The notes beneath the pieces were generated by a model. It was not told the DNA's origin, did no database searches, and saw only the letters and a program-made list of their open reading frames with translations. DNA of 64,000 nucleotides. It comes from Candidatus Aminicenantales bacterium. GTDB taxonomy: Bacteria; Acidobacteriota; Aminicenantia; Aminicenantales; UBA8522. Shown piece after piece: positions 63,462-64,000 of this stretch. Position 1 is the first letter of the stretch, and every line of letters starts with the position of its first letter. A program made the position numbers and the translations under genes. Where the stretch lies: positions 15,626-79,625 of the forward strand of contig JBAQGA010000189.1 in the NCBI GenBank assembly GCA_049287565.1. Direction: 5' to 3'.

Positions 63462-64000
63462 GCCCGAGGACCCTTTCGAAGATATAATCGATCTTGTCGA
63501 GATATGCGTCGAGCGTGAAGCAGGCGGCGATCTCCTGAGGCGTGAGGATGGCCAGGATGTCCTTATCCGCCAACAGAAGGTCTTTGAAGCTGAGGTCCTC
63601 TTTCCAGACGCGCAGGCTCGACCGCTGGACAAGTTCGTAGGCCTGCGGCCTGGGAATGTTCTTGTCGGTGAGGGCGATGAGGACGCGCTGGCTGAAGACG
63701 AGCCCTTTGGTCGCCTCGATGTTCGCCTTCATCCGGTCTTCGTGGACGACCCAGTTCCGGATGATGTCGACCGTTTCCGAGAGCAGATAATCGGCCAGGA
63801 TGAAGGAGTCGGGAAAGATGATCCGTTCGGCCGAGGAATGGGAGATATCGCGTTCATGCCAAAGGGGGATATTCTCGAGCGCCACCAGAAGATTTCCCCG
63901 CAGGATCCGGGAGAGCCCGGTGATCCTCTCGGCCCGCACCGGATTCTTTTTATGGGGCATAGAGGACGACCCTTTTTGGCCTTTGGTGAAGGGCTCTTCC
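63451..64000 (-). CDS. purB: Adenylosuccinate lyase, C-terminal part (gene start beyond window end)
   Basis: MPHKKNPVRAE motif and ADSL C-terminal domain; the ORF runs to the window edge. Confidence 0.9.
   Translation of the reverse strand, partial: EEPFTKGQKGSSSMPHKKNPVRAERITGLSRILRGNLLVALENIPLWHERDISHSSAERIIFPDSFILADYLLSETVDIIRNWVVHEDRMKANIEATKGLVFSQRVLIALTDKNIPRPQAYELVQRSSLRVWKEDLSFKDLLLADKDILAILTPQEIAACFTLDAYLDKIDYIFERVLGHAS

Noticed and set aside
1-64000. CRISPR arrays, tandem repeats, IS elements, integrases, phage genes
   Set aside because: No regularly spaced direct repeats, no transposase, integrase or recombinase-like ORFs, and no phage structural genes were seen; the only short repeats are the palindromes and the (GGGT)n run reported above.

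Overview
GC-rich, densely coding bacterial chromosomal segment with about 63 protein-coding genes; the likely context is a Gram-negative anaerobe or microaerophile. I found no rRNA, tRNA, CRISPR array, transposase, integrase or recognisable defence island by reading the sequence. Most genes are housekeeping or redox metabolism, but several fusions and neighbourhoods deserve a second look.

Gene content by region:
- nt 1-9.8k: an arabinan/arabinose cluster with two GH127 (DUF1680) arabinofuranosidase-like genes, araB, araD, a FucI-family putative arabinose isomerase, a Zn-dependent alcohol dehydrogenase and deoC.
- nt 10.5-12k: a single-chain Fe-S L-serine dehydratase.
- nt 12.1-12.9k: a divergent ThyA-superfamily gene.
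- nt 13.4-18.7k: a sensor kinase and sigma-54-dependent regulator, followed by a near-consensus sigma-54 promoter driving a small unknown ORF and gdhA.
- nt 18.8-24.7k: a UbiA-family DPPR-synthase-like gene, then recO, ntrX, ntrY and rodZ on the minus strand.
- nt 25-27.8k: nfi, ftsEX and small membrane proteins.
- nt 27.9-43.2k: a 20-gene plus-strand string rich in redox and Fe-S functions, bracketed by the repair glycosylases fpg and nth. It contains a ferritin-like protein, rubredoxin, rubredoxin reductase, an outer-membrane protein, purA, a DUF438-hemerythrin-PAS protein, a desulforedoxin-like mini-protein, phzF, korAB, nfu, nifS, an IscU with a zinc-ribbon tail, a tusA-like gene, nadA, rubrerythrin and a second ferritin-like protein.
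- nt 43.3-44.9k: an ECF sigma, anti-sigma and secreted protein operon.
- nt 45-51.2k: an AmmeMemoRadiSam radical SAM gene, ykgJ, archease, rtcB, a third ferritin-like protein and polX.
- nt 51.3-52.8k: a tandem-duplicated ThyX-like protein.
- nt 52.9-57.4k: two APC permeases fused to cytosolic regulatory domains (tandem Usp; EIIA-Ntr plus TrkA-C).
- nt 57.5-64k: tyrS and a purine operon (purN, an outer-membrane protein, purL, purQ, purS, purB) on the minus strand.

Start codons were chosen by ribosome-binding-site inspection where the ORF track started at an upstream alternative codon. All promoter and terminator calls are motif-based predictions only.
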